DNA of 64,000 bases from Lama glama (taxonomy: Eukaryota): the NCBI GenBank assembly GCA_028534125.1, contig CM052818.1, forward strand, positions 25,670,001 through 25,734,000, given 5' to 3'. Every line of letters starts with the position of its first letter. The stretch's first letter is position 1. The notes under the pieces are model-generated. The model was not told the origin of the DNA, ran no database searches, and saw nothing but the letters and a program-made list of their open reading frames with translations. The position numbers and the translations under genes are program-made. Of the stretch, positions 51,885-64,000 are shown one piece after another.

Positions 51885-52163
51885 ATTTTTTTCTCTTTTT
51901 TTGGTGGAGAGGGGTAATTAGGTTTGTTTGTTCATTATGGAGGTACTAGGGATTGAGTCCAGGACCTTGTGTATGCTAAGCACACACTCTACCACTGAGC
52001 TATATCCTCCCCCCTAAAATTTATTTAAAAAAATTTTTTTTGTGTTTTTTGGAGGGGGAAGGTAATTAGGTTTTATTTCTTTATTTAATGGAATTACTGG
52101 GGATTGAACCCAGGACCTCATACATGCCAAGCACACACTCTACCACTGAGCTATACCCTCCCC
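51885..52163 (-). mobile_element. Two tandem head-to-tail tRNA-Ala-derived SINEs
   Basis: Two complete heads (ending ~52014 and ~52163), each followed by the AAACCTAATTACC tail motif. Confidence 0.88.
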
Positions 52164-52289
52164 TTAACACTTTTATAATTTCTTGCTTTTTAATGGATCA
52201 TATTTGGCTCAGCTTCAATGATAAATATCTGACAAGATATAATAAGCTTTTTTTTTTTGCCAAATCAGAACTTTGAAAAGCAACTGTTT

Positions 52290-53160
52290 GATTAGTTTAG
52301 ATTAGGTCTGGCTGCCTGTAACAGAGATCCAAAATAACAGTGGCTTAAAAGAAATATAAGTTGATTCTTTCCTAAAAACAGTCCAGTGGTAAGTATGTGA
52401 AGTTCTAGGATTTTACTCTACTTCAAACTAATAAATTACTGTTTCATGGATGCTGGCTGAAGATACAAGATTCTTGGGCCTGAGACAAAAGATATTACTA
52501 CTCACTGCATAGCAAGCAGCATGGGCATCATGTTGGTGCTGGTTCCCCATGCCCCTCAAGACCCTTGGAGGCAACATGGAGGGAGCAAGGTGGATACTCT
52601 ACACACAGTGGATTTACATGACAACTGTAATCTACCATTTTTATAGCGAGTGGTGAGCAAGCCTGCTCTTTGTCTGGGAGAAGATGTTACTTTATCCCTT
52701 GAGCCTGCTCATTGTGAATTCAACTCTGAGAAATGGCTCGCTGAAGAGCAGTCAGGGTCTTGTATTCTTGGCATATCCAAAAGGGATGTTCAGGGATGCT
52801 CAGGCTCACCATTGCTTGTCTCAACAAGTGGTCAAGGTTAGGATGGCAGTTCTACTCAGTGTGGTCATCTGGGACCTAGGCTCCCTCTAACTTGCTGCTT
52901 CACATCTCTAGGGTGTGGCCTGTAGTTCACTTGGCCAAGGAGTTATGCTGGCATGTCCACATGTAGAGGAGAAGGGTGAAGGAGAGGAGGCGGGGAGCGA
53001 GAATGTTGGAGAAAGGGCAGCCCCCTCCCTTTAAGGACACATCCTGAAAGTTTTATTCTTTACTTCCCTTCATCTCCATTGGCCAGAATTTACTCACATG
53101 ATCAAAACAAACTTCAGGGTAGGTTGGGATATGTATAACCTTTATTATAGGATTCTATTA
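52290..53160 (-). mobile_element. MLT1-type LTR interrupted by an ERVL-type solo LTR (52396-52826)
   Basis: MLT1 text (ccaaaataacagtggcttaaa ... cattggccagaa..tactcacatg) is split by a TG...CA-bounded block tgtgaagttctaggattttactctactt...tctcaaca. Confidence 0.6.
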
Positions 53161-54203
53161 AAGTAGTAGAAAGGAAAAGACATTGGAGATAGCAGTACTT
53201 TGACACATTCTTTACTAAAGTTTGCTGGAATTTAAAGAAATACTTTCTATGAACCTTAGAGGTTTGCTAATAGCTGCTTTGTTCCTCCCATCCTTTGTAC
53301 ATAATGAGAATCTGAGCCTACGCTTTGGGTAGGCACTGGTGACAGATATCTATGAACACACTCCTGGGATGGGACTGTTATCAGATACTCTCCAGGCACT
53401 GCCCCAAGTAACACAAAGGAATCATGTGACTTCCAGGGATCTGGAAGAAGACTTTCTCAATCTGGATTTTATTCCAGTTGATGGTGCATTTGTGAAAGTG
53501 GTGCTAGAGAGTCCAAGGATCAAAGTAGCGAGGTCTAAATGAGCTCTACTTGGAGAGGCTCGTCACTGGGTGAGCTCTAGTTGGGCGAGTGGTGCAGGTT
53601 GGGAACCATTTTGAAGGTGATGGGTCTGTCAGTGGAGGAAGAATCCAAGCCCACAGGATTTCCCCCTAGACATCACATAACTTACTCCCATAAGAACATG
53701 GAGAAACCCAAGTCAGTCAGCCCAGGACAAGGGTTCAAGGGTTATTTGTATCATGAAAGAGGAGACTGAACCAAAGTTGGAGGGAGCAGTTTTTAAGAGT
53801 CAGTACTGACCCTGTGTAGTTAGAGTAAGGAATTTCCTAAGGTCAAATGCCTGGGGCATTATCACAAGTAGTGTCTAGCTGAGGGCCCCAGGGATGACGT
53901 TGCAGCTGGCAGATGCTCTCCACTAGCTAATGGTGGCTCTGCATTATAGCCCTCTAGTCCCAGGGAAGCTTCTCCTTCATGGAAGACTTAAGCCTCTGCT
54001 CAAAGTAGAAGCACTCAGCTCACTCAACTAGTTCATTCCACTTGGACTTCAGCACCTTGAGCCTCAGTCATGTCCTTTGATATTGTGCCATCTCTTACCA
54101 AATTGACTGTGTCTCCCTCCCTGCAGGTGAGTGAGACAATCATTGACCAGGTTAACTTTGTCCTGAACAGGGTCCTAGCAGAGGAAATCTCTGTGAAAAA
54201 TTA

Positions 54204-54204
<1 letters not shown>

Positions 54205-54248
<44 letters not shown>
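54205..54248. repeat. (CA)22 microsatellite
   Basis: Direct inspection. Confidence 0.95.
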
Positions 54249-54249
<1 letters not shown>

Positions 54250-54978
54250 GACTAAGAATGAGGCCCCTCTGAATGATTTCAGGTATGCCAGAAGCTATAA
54301 CAAGATGAGTGGCATTGACTGATAAAACTGCGTGGCTACTCCAGGAAGAAAGAGAGACGAGAAGGTGAGGAAGGGAGGGAATAGCATCTTAACAACAAAT
54401 ACTGGGACAGCAGCATAGCTAGAACCTCAGACATGGGGCCAGGATTGGAAGGCTTATCAGCAAAGACTTTACCTGGACACATTCTGGTGGAAATGGCTGA
54501 ATGAGCTTATTATAGCAACTTTGAGGCTTGAGGAAAGGCTTGATCACTAATAAACAGCCCAGAGGAACCAAGGCAGAAAATCTAGCTAGATGGAAGGGGT
54601 CTGGCAGATACAAGATGACTAGGCTCAAAAGATTAAGAACAGCTCAGGTGGGGTCCAGCCAGAGTCAAGGTGGTCAACTAGTCCATTGATGATTTCAGCA
54701 AATGAGCTTGCACGCTATTATAGCACAGGCCCTCAGCTCCCTGGCTTGTTGGAGATGTCCTCTGGGTGTGCTGTGGATCACAGTCAGTATGTCAGAGGCC
54801 CTCCTTTTGGGTAGACTTGAACAGGGAACATTTTAACCCCACTTCTATTCCTCTTCAAAAGGTTAACACTGAATTTAGGTCAGAGAATTGCAACAGAATT
54901 GGCCGTTTCTTCTGAGCTTAACCACATTCTATAAAGAAGTGTGGTTACACAAGGGCCAGGTGAAGTCAGGAGACAAAA

Positions 54979-56400
54979 TGTGACAGGCCCCTGTGTAGTG
55001 GTTCTTTTTCCCTGACACCACAGCTGACACTAAATGTGTGTCATTTTTCTACATACCAACCAATTCTATGACACTAACTGGGTGCCAATTTAATTCAATT
55101 CTGATACTATCTACCTAGAGTTAGCACCAGATCACGTGAGTTAAGGGGCTCAGTCCCACGTGCATGCCTTTACTTCAGACCAGCTGCAAATGGGGTACTC
55201 AGGCTATCCACTCTTCTGCCTGGCTGACTCCAAATTTGGGAGTTCCCATACACTCTCCTCAGATTTGATAATATGTTACAAAGACTCATAAAACTCAGGA
55301 AAACACTTAACATTTACCAGTTCATTATGAAGGATATAACTTAGAAACAGCCAAATGGAAGAGATGTGTCAGTGAAGAAGAAATTTTCCTCTGCCCTTCT
55401 AGGTTCTTCTGGTTAGTCAAAGAATTAAGTTGACATGAGACAGATTGACAGAAGAAAATCAAATAAAAGTTTAGTAACATGTATTTATGGGAGAGACCCA
55501 GGAAAACTAACTCACCAAAATGGCTGAAGCTCTCATCTTAAATACCATCTTCAGTTAAAGAAAATGAGGATGTTGAGTGTAGTGGTTTGGGACTTCAAAG
55601 GGGAGAGAGGCAATTGACATGGAGGTGGAAAAACAAAAGTTTGTTGGTAAACAAATATTTGCTGGGCCATACAGAGACAGTGGGACACAGGAATTTTAAC
55701 AAACCGACTTTGCTAGGTTCCTCCCTGTCAATCATACCCAGCTCATACTATAGTCATCCATAGTGATAGCTCCCTTCCCGGAGCAGGTCCTCTATCTACA
55801 TTCTTTAGGCAGTTAGGGAGAAGGTCAACCGTTCTTCCTGAATCTTTTGGGACTTGATAGTTTTCAGCTCAAAATAATCTGCATGACAAAGAGGTATTTT
55901 GGGGTGGCAAATTTTGATCCCCTACAGATGCATAGAGAAGTTATAGGGAATAAGGGTGAGGGGTGGGGATTGGCACAGAGCTTCCACACTCTCTCCTGTG
56001 GTGCCATCTTCCCAGCACGTGAATGTGTTCACCAACCTAGAAGCTTAGGGAACTTGTTTTTCAGGGGGGTTTAATCAAAGTTTTATTAGCTAGGCATGAT
56101 TAATTAAATTACTGGCCATTGGTGATTGAACCCAGTCTCTCCCCCTCCCCTTCCTGAAGAGGCCAGGGGCTGGAGCCAAAAGTCTAGTCTTTTAATCACT
56201 TGGTTGGTTTTTCTGGTGACCAGTCCCCATGTGAAAATCTAGTGTGGCTGCCCCCTAACCCTCCTTCCACCAACCAAAGCTTGTCTCATTAGCATAAGAC
56301 ACTCATCACTCAAGACACTCATCACCCAAGAGAACCAAGCATTTGGGAGTTTTGTGCCAGGAACTGGAGACAGAAATCAAATATGTTTTACTATACCACA
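54979..56400 (-). mobile_element. MER21-family LTR containing a nested LTR
   Basis: caattctgatactatctacctagagttagc...ggctcagtcccac...aaactcaggaaaacactt...aatggaagagatg|catag... ends ataccaca. Confidence 0.75.
55367..55926 (-). mobile_element. ERV1-type solo LTR (560 bp) nested in MER21
   Basis: TGT...ACA termini with 4-bp TSD GATG (55363-55366 / 55927-55930); removing it restores the MER21-like gagatgcatag. Confidence 0.8.
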
Positions 56401-56478
56401 GCTCCCAACTGGGCCCCACCACCTACTCTATCTACCAGAGTAGCTAGGTCAAGAGAAGAGAGAAACTTCCAGACAGGG

Positions 56479-56626
56479 CAGTGATTCTTGAACTTTGGTG
56501 CACATCCTGAAAATTTTATTAAAAATGTAGATTCTGACTCTCAGTCACTGAGGGAGGGACCTGGGTATACGTATTTTTAATAAACTCCTTAAATGATTCT
56601 CATGTACACTGAAGTTTAAAAGCCAT
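56479..56626. mobile_element. MER5A-like hAT-Charlie MITE
   Basis: cagtgattcttgaactttggtgcacat...tgattctcatgtacactgaagtttaaaagcca. Confidence 0.6.
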
Positions 56627-58624
56627 GGAATAAGCATTTCCTTGAGCCTATCTCCACCCCCCAATACTACTCCTGTCTAGAAGTGTGTCCAGTCAGAAAC
56701 TCAAGTTTGACTGTAGGATACCACCTTCCCCTGACTTAAGGACAAGGAAGAATTAGAACTGAATATAGAGGACTCCCAGGTGAAGCAGGTCTTTAGGATC
56801 CTGGAGATTCTACCTCAGGTTGGAATAAGAAAAAAGAATCGGAATTCACGTTGGTCAGTGTCTGCTGTGTCAGGAATGTGCATGCTAGGTGTTTTTATGC
56901 GGTGTATCTGTGAGGGAGGTATAACTATTATTATTTCATGACTGAGAAAACTGAGATTCAGGGAAGACTGGGGCCAAGTAGGTACAGCTGGTATTCAAAC
57001 TCAGGCCTGCCTGGTTCTAATACCTACTTCAGATTGTAAGTAATTAAAAGGGAACATGCTGAGCTGGTGTGACTTAATTGTTAGCTGGAGTCACCGCAGA
57101 CACAGTACCGAGTGTCAGTCACTCCATAATTGCTGCTATGGAAATGGCAGCTGACAGGACAGCTCTGGGCTGCCAAGTAGGAAAAGCTTCAGTCTACAGA
57201 TGCTACTTACTGAAGCGGCTACTTTCTCAGAGCCTCCCTGGGAAATGACCAGTCCTGCTGAAAGTTTCCCGGTCTTTTTTGCTGAACTTAAATCCCTGAG
57301 GTAGAAAAGCCCAGGCAACAGCTCTGGAAATTGCTGGGATTGTCACATCTCATGCTGAATCCAGTGTGGTTGATTCCAACTTGTGCCCTTTATGATAGGA
57401 GGAGTGTCCCCTGGATACTTCTGTGGGTCTAAGTCCTGTCTGCAAGAACAGGGCAGGACTGGTGGGAGAGAGCCCTTAAGTTCAGGGTTGGGGTAGAGGG
57501 AGATAGGTCAAAACAGGAAATGGATCACCCAAGGCTTTTTGAGTCAGCCAAGGTCAAATCCAGTGGGAGCAGTGGGGAAATGCATAGGAGAAGGAATACA
57601 AAAATCAGCAGCCAGGATTTTAAAAAGTTGGTCAGAAGGAAGTGGGCCAAGTGATGGGAAGTGGTTCAGGGATGAGTCACTGAGTGGACAGCTTGCCCAC
57701 TGCACCTGGAGTGTGTCTTGGGACAGGCACAGGAGCTGAGAGGAAATATCTGTATCAGGCTAGACTATGTTCTGTTTCCATAAAGATTCCTTGGGTGGAG
57801 TCATCAGTGTGACACGACATTGATAGAAGGGGCAGGATGGGGAGGTATTTGTGTCACCAGGAGAAACTGGCCAAGTGATCATCAGAGTATGAATTCACCC
57901 ATGAGTCCAGGGTTTGGTCCTCAGCCTTTAGGGCAAGAAACTCAGTCTTGTTAGGGCCCCAGGATGAGTCCTGCTTAGGGCAACTAATACCAGCTACACT
58001 CTTAAGACCTCATATATAAAATAAAGGCCTATTTTATTTTCTTACAAGGGAGTTATCCTTTTCCATTCCCCTGGACATTAAAATAAGCCCACTTTGACTT
58101 AGACATATTTAGATCATTTTGAAATATGAAAGTCTTATAATTGGCTTGTTAAAAGTGCTGTTGGTTGCAATTAAAGGGTACCCGTGCAAGTAAAAGGTTA
58201 TCTGTTTGTAACAAGTAATAGTAGGTTAACAAAAAAGTGTTTTCTTTTTTTCACACAATGAGAAATCTGGAGCTGAGCAGTCCAGCACTGGTAGAGCTGC
58301 TGAGAAATGCTGACAAAGACTAAGAGTCTGTCAGTTTTTCTGCTCCAACTTCCTTAGCTTATGGACTTTTATTCATGCTTGTCACCTCATGTCACCAACT
58401 GGCTGTTGCATCTTCAGGCCTCATGTCTGCTCTCTAGGCAGGAAGAAGGAGGAAGAGGCAGCAGGGACGACAGGGACAAAAGGGCTCTGCCAGTTGTAAC
58501 TACCCTTTTCATCTGGAAAGTAAAACTTCCCTGGAAATCTGATCTGAGAGAGTTCTGCTTACATTGTATTGGCCAGAACTGAGTCACATGGCTGCTTCTA
58601 GCAGCAGAAAAGGAAAATGGAGTG

Positions 58625-58944
58625 CAATCATCCAGGGATTGGTTCCAGGACCCCTGTTCAAGCCCTTTATATAAAATACCGTGGTATTTGCAGATAACCT
58701 ATGCACGTCCTCCCTGTATACTTTAAATCATCTCTAGATTACTTACAGTACCTAATAAATGCAACTGTTACGTTAATAGTTGTACATACAATGTAAATGC
58801 TATGTAAATAGCTGCTAGCATGTGGCAAATTCAAGTTTTACTTTCTGGAATTTTCTGGAAAAAATTTTTTTTCAATCTGAGGTTGGTTGAATCCACAGAT
58901 GAGGACTCCACTAATACAGAACCCAAAGTACAGAGGGCCAACTG
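58625..58944. mobile_element. MER2-like Tigger element inserted in an MLT1-type LTR (~58170-59020)
   Basis: gattggttccaggacccc...gtatactttaaatcatctctagattactta...ggttggttgaatccacagatg...gagggccaactg|ta. Confidence 0.75.
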
Positions 58945-59324
58945 TATTTTGCTCTCCAGCCTCTATGGTGGGAAAGGGCAAGAGAAGAGAGCATTGTGAG
59001 TGGTTTCTGGGTTGCCAATCCCCAATGTCTATCACCAGGCTCCACTGGGTTACATTATTCATGTGATAAATTATAAAGAAAAAACCTTGATGAGAGGTGG
59101 GGAGAGAAAATGGTGGAATATTAGGATATATAGATCAAAAATCTCAGGTCTGACCTTTGTTTCCTGGTGGTGGAGCTTTAGAGAAGACATTACTCAAATC
59201 CAAGAGACCTCTCTTTATGCCACTCTTCTCTTTCAGATTCCTCCTTGAGAACAGATTAAAAGAAAAAAAACTTTATTGAATAATTTGCAAGCCATAAAAT
59301 TCATCCATTTAAAGTGTACAATTA

Positions 59325-59660
59325 AAAAAAAAAGACAAATGAACTTATTTATAAAACAGAAACAGACTCACAGACAAAGAAAACAAACTTATGGTTACCA
59401 GGCCGGAAGGGGGTGGGAAGAGATAAATTAGGAGTTCGAGAATTGCAGATACAGACTGGTATATATAAAATAGATAAACAAATTTATACTGTATAGCACA
59501 GGGAACTACATTTGATATCTTGTGGTAGCTTACGGTGAAAAAGAATATGAAAATGAATGTATGTATATTCATGTATGACTGAAGCATTGTGCTGTACACT
59601 AGAAATTGACACAATATTGTAAACTGACTATACTTCAATTAAAAAAAGTATATAAAAAAA
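59325..59660 (+). mobile_element. Younger artiodactyl-type L1 3' end nested in an antisense L1MB fragment (~59265-59820)
   Basis: acaaatgaacttatttataaaacagaaacagactcacagac...atactgtatagcacagggaactac...tatacttcaattaaaaaaa; host text resumes gtacaattca...gttgtgcaaccaccacc. Confidence 0.85.
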
Positions 59661-61280
59661 GTACAATTCAATTGTTAGTATATTCACAGAGTTGTGCAAC
59701 CACCACCCAAATCTAAGTTCAGAACATTATCCCAAAAAGTAACCCCGTACCCAGCAGCAATCACTCTCATCCTCACCCCAATTCCCCAGGACTAGGCAAC
59801 CACTAATTTATTTTGTTTGAGAACATATTTTTAAAAGAGTGATTTTGTGCAGGAAAGTCAGTATGAAGCACTATAAAAATGAGCTTCCAGGTAAGTAATT
59901 CGATTTAAATATATCATGAAAGGCAATTCATCTACTGTGGTAGAGTTTTCTTGTGAAGGAACTGATGCACCGTTGCACTCAGTGAAAACAGAATTTTTAA
60001 GCACCTCATCCCTTTCCTCATTTTGTCCTAAAGAATCATGCTGTTTTTAAAATCTTGTCTTATAGTTCAGCCTTTCTTAAAGGTGAGATTTATAAAGATA
60101 TAAAGTAGAAATAGTTACAAAACTCAAAATTCAAAAGCAAAGTCTCATTAGTGGGAAGCCTTTAATTAAAAAGAAAAACAACACCCAAGGCCTGAAGAGC
60201 CCAAATATTTGCTAATTGACAGTGATAACTGAGCCAGGCGCCTTTCCTTCTCCCCTGGGAAGGGTACAGCCCCCGTCTCACTTTGTGTTACTTGCAAAAG
60301 ATAATATCGTTTATCTACTGAAATGAAAATGAGCAAATGGGCCTATGATGCAGAATAATTGCTTTCATTATTGTTTGCGACATTCCCTCTAACTGTCACA
60401 TCCTGCTTTACTTGGTACTTGTTACATCTAGATGAGAGAAAAAACAGGAAATGAAGCAGGTATTAAGCAAACAACTATGACCAAAGAGTTCCAGCGCTAC
60501 GCCTTTCTGATCAGAGGTTTGAGGAGGTGTGGAGAGAAACAGAAAATCTGTGCCAAATAACACTGGAAAAGGAAAAACTGTGCCCAAACAGAAGTGAGGG
60601 GACATTTCAAATAGACGGCTTTCGATATTGGATTACATACCACTTAAAGACCTTACCCCTGAAGACTGCAGATTTGCATGCTGCTCACTTGGTTTCAGAC
60701 ACAAACTGTAAAGTTTCTTTTCCTCTTAGCTACTTTTCCCCCTTTGCCTTTAATTACTATCATGATCGCAGGGAGACATTTTGGTTCCAGTTTGCCATTA
60801 AAAATGGTGTATGGTTAACTTAGATTTCTGTTTTTTTATCTTATTTTTTGAAAGTTAAATAAATCAACAACTAAGTGGATGATTTAATAACCAATAATTT
60901 CACCTCTGAAGAAAAGATAAATCCCTATTTTAAAGTATTTTTCCCAACTTAAAATGTTTGTAAATGAGAAAGCATTATTTCTGGTTTCTAGAACTGTATA
61001 GGCTTCTTCATAAGCACAGTTTTTAATTCTTTGCTTAAAAAAATTCTTTTGTTATTAAATTTTTGAGGCATGTAAAACAGGATAAAGAAAAATATAATAA
61101 ACATTCAAGTTTCATATCTTGCTTAAGAAATAAAATGTTACAAATAGATTTGACCCTTTTGTGTATCTTTCATCTAGTGCATTCTTCACTTTGCCCCGCA
61201 GAAGAACTAAATTCATACTTGAATTTGGTTTTTATTCTCAGACATGCTTTTATAATTGTGATACATATCCATGTAATCCC

Positions 61281-61664
61281 TGTTAAAAACAAGACAACAG
61301 GCCCCATGTGCAGTCACTTATTTTAAGCCCCATGTCTCCAAACTGAGACTTAAAACTATAGATCAGCTCTCTCAGCAAGGAAATCTTAAAACCGGTCAAC
61401 CAGGAATTAATTGCCTGACTAGCACTACTTAGGTAATATCTGCCTGCCAGACCCCTATCATCTCCTAAAGGAAAGTAACCTTGGAATAACCAATCTGCCT
61501 TTTTGCCAAATACAACTTCCTTCTGCCTATAAAAGCCTTTCATTTTGTACAGCTCCTTGGAGCTCCTTTCTATCTGCTAGATTGGATACCGCCTGATTCA
61601 TCAGTCACTGAATATGGTCAATATGATCTTGCAAATTTATTCAGTTGAATTTCTTTTTCTAACA
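61281..61664 (+). mobile_element. ERV1-type solo LTR (MER34-like) within an old L1 fragment
   Basis: TGTT...AACA termini, near-TSD tccc/tcct, TATA-like cctataaaag at ~61527. Confidence 0.7.
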
Positions 61665-62439
61665 TCCTAAACAAAATCAGGTTTGTTTGCATATTTTAAA
61701 CATTTCCAAAGTGAAGGAAGCACTATAATTCTGGCATCAGCTTCGGCTTTGGGAAAGCCAAATAGCTGAATCCTGCTTCAAGATCATTTATGGCACCCAT
61801 TTCAGGGATCAAGGTATGATCAAAGAATGATCACATGATCTTATAGGTAACTTTACAGCTAATCAGTGCAGCTATACCAGTTACTTGAACAAGACATGTT
61901 ATTTGGATGTATTGCTAATATTTGGAAATTCCTTTTCAAATATAATTTAGCATTCTAGATATAACTCAGTAAAAAATCTCTTTGTATGCTTTTGTATTTG
62001 AAATGCTATCAGTTGTTGAAGTAAAATATGTATTTATTATTGCAAGAGGAGTATGCTGCAATCATTAATGACTTGTGAAATTTGTTAATCTTACATAAAA
62101 AAGTTATTAAGAACTTTACAATAGTTAAATAAATAAATAAATAAATGGACAATTAATACAAATATTGAGTGTATGCCCTAGACATATGTAGGAAGAACAA
62201 TAGATTTTGAGCCAATAAATATAAATCCTTATAGAAATAATAACCCAAGTCAGACTAACAGGTACTAGATTATATCATAATTTTAATAACTGTACAATTG
62301 TTTGTATACTAGTACAAAACCTTAAATAAAATAATCTTTAAGAACTCTACTTAATTTTTAGTTTTAAAATTCCACTTAGAACATGAATTGTTCAAGAAAC
62401 TGTCATTTGGGAAATTCCTTTTTTTAGTGAGGATAAATT

Positions 62440-62752
62440 AAAAAAAATTTTTTTGAAGTATGATTGGTTTATGATGTGTTAATTTCTGGTGTACATCACA
62501 GTGATTCAGTTATACATATATATATTCCTCTTCATATTCTTTTTCATTATAGGCTATTAAAAGGTATTTAATGTAGATTCCTGTGCTATAAAGTGGGACC
62601 TTGCTGTTTATCTATTTCATATATAGTAGTTAGTTATCTGCAAATCCCAAACTCCCCAACTTATTCCTCATGCCTCTCTTCCCCCTGCCACACTCCTATA
62701 ACCACAAGTTTGTTTCCTATGTCCATAAGTCTGTTTCTGTTTTGTAAATAGT
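62440..62752 (-). mobile_element. Artiodactyl-type L1 3' end
   Basis: Similar to the reverse complement of 59325-59660: gtgattcagttatacatata...aagtttgtttcctatgtc..taagtctgtttctgttttgtaaata. Confidence 0.8.
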
Positions 62753-64000
62753 TTTATGGGAATAAATTTAAAGTTGAATGTCAATTTTGCCATCTCAAAA
62801 TTTTACTGAGAGGAAAACTCCAAAATCATGTACATCTATAATAAATCATTTTTTGTTTAGACATAATAAAAAATATAAAATATATGAAGAAAAGAAAAAA
62901 GTATAGAGGAAAATTATCTAATCCCCAAATATCTCACTTTTCTACTGACCTCAGGTGAAAACGAATGTCCATTTAGTATCACACATAGGTAGACCACTGA
63001 CTGCAAGAGCAAAATAGCACCTGACAGTGCTCAAAGAATTATTGTTCATGTACTACGATGTAATTATGATGTCATTAGTAAATAATTAAACAGCAATAAA
63101 TACTTTAAGTATAATTTCAGATTTATTTTTGTATCTCAGAAGCCATTATTTGATGTTGATATTTATCTTTGTCCTCAACGAAATATTGATTTCAACTTAT
63201 TGGCCTTATGCCAAAATGTTTATCTGGTGCATCTCAATTACAGTTTAGATGCTATTATTTTTTTATACCTTATGTAATACACTATATACTTTAGTCTTCA
63301 ATTTGATTATTTTGCTCAACTTCATATTTGTCAGATTAGTTTATGTTGTTACATGTAGTTCAAGTTATTCATTTTCACTAGTGCTGTGTAGTTTAGCATG
63401 AATTATATTTACAATTCACTTATCCCTTTTCCTGTTGATGGAAACTTAGTTTGTTGTCAAAGTTTACAATTTACAATTTTGCTATGTGCATTTGCGTACA
63501 TATTGTCTTCTGAGTACTTCTTTAATATTTGTACCTAGAAGTTGTAGTGACATGTTGGACCAAAGGGTGCTTTTTTCCTCATATGTTTTCCTTATAAGTG
63601 CTTATCCATGTCTATGAGCTAAAAATATCACTTTTTGAATGTGGACTCCAGTCTTGTCTTCCAGGCATCAGATTTTATATCGCCATCTGCCTAGCAAATA
63701 TTCTAAGTAGAAATTTGGGTGTGTCACCACCACCGTATGTTTATCCTATCCAAGACAGCTAGCTCACTGTTTCTTCCTAAACTTTCTCAGTACAAAACAC
63801 GTGAGTGTCACAGTTATAAAAACCTTGGGCATGTGAAACTGTTCTTTACAAAAAAATGAGCATCTTCTATTTAAAAATCTATTTCTAATTCAGATGTGTT
63901 TTCCTCTTTTAAACATCTGTATATCCATATACAAACATATACACAAATATGTAGATTTCAAAACCTTGTAAATATGAAATAAATAGAAAGATAGGCTAGC

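Noticed and set aside
1..64000. Novel multi-gene system, CRISPR array or nested protein-coding gene
   Set aside because: This is a single-gene eukaryotic locus; no regularly spaced repeat-spacer array, and the remaining ORF-track entries look like chance or repeat-derived ORFs

Overview
Mammalian genomic DNA containing the complete coding sequence of GALM (galactose mutarotase / aldose 1-epimerase) on the minus strand. There are 7 coding exons: 45147-44958, 38270-38116, 34526-34320, 29704-29623, 2435-2294, 1994-1820 and 1037-960. Together they give 1029 nt (342 aa), all introns are GT-AG, intron 4 is 27 kb, and the catalytic His176/Glu307 are intact. A small CpG-rich promoter region lies near 44.8-45.4 kb, followed by about 19 kb of repeat-rich upstream DNA with no recognisable gene. 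The rest is interspersed repeats: ten tRNA-Ala(AGC)-derived SINEs (camelid Vic-1-like, suggesting alpaca/camel/llama), L1 and L2 remnants, MIRs, MaLR/ERV solo LTRs, DNA-transposon MITEs and microsatellites. Repeat family names come from recall of consensus sequences and need RepeatMasker/Dfam confirmation. I found no convincing novel multi-gene system. The most interesting observations are local: inverted SINE pairs around exon 1, a tailless tRNA/SINE retrocopy, two unexplained ~100-120 bp direct duplications, a palindromic MITE hairpin, a strong CTCF-like motif and a stop-free in-frame 5' extension of the GALM ORF.
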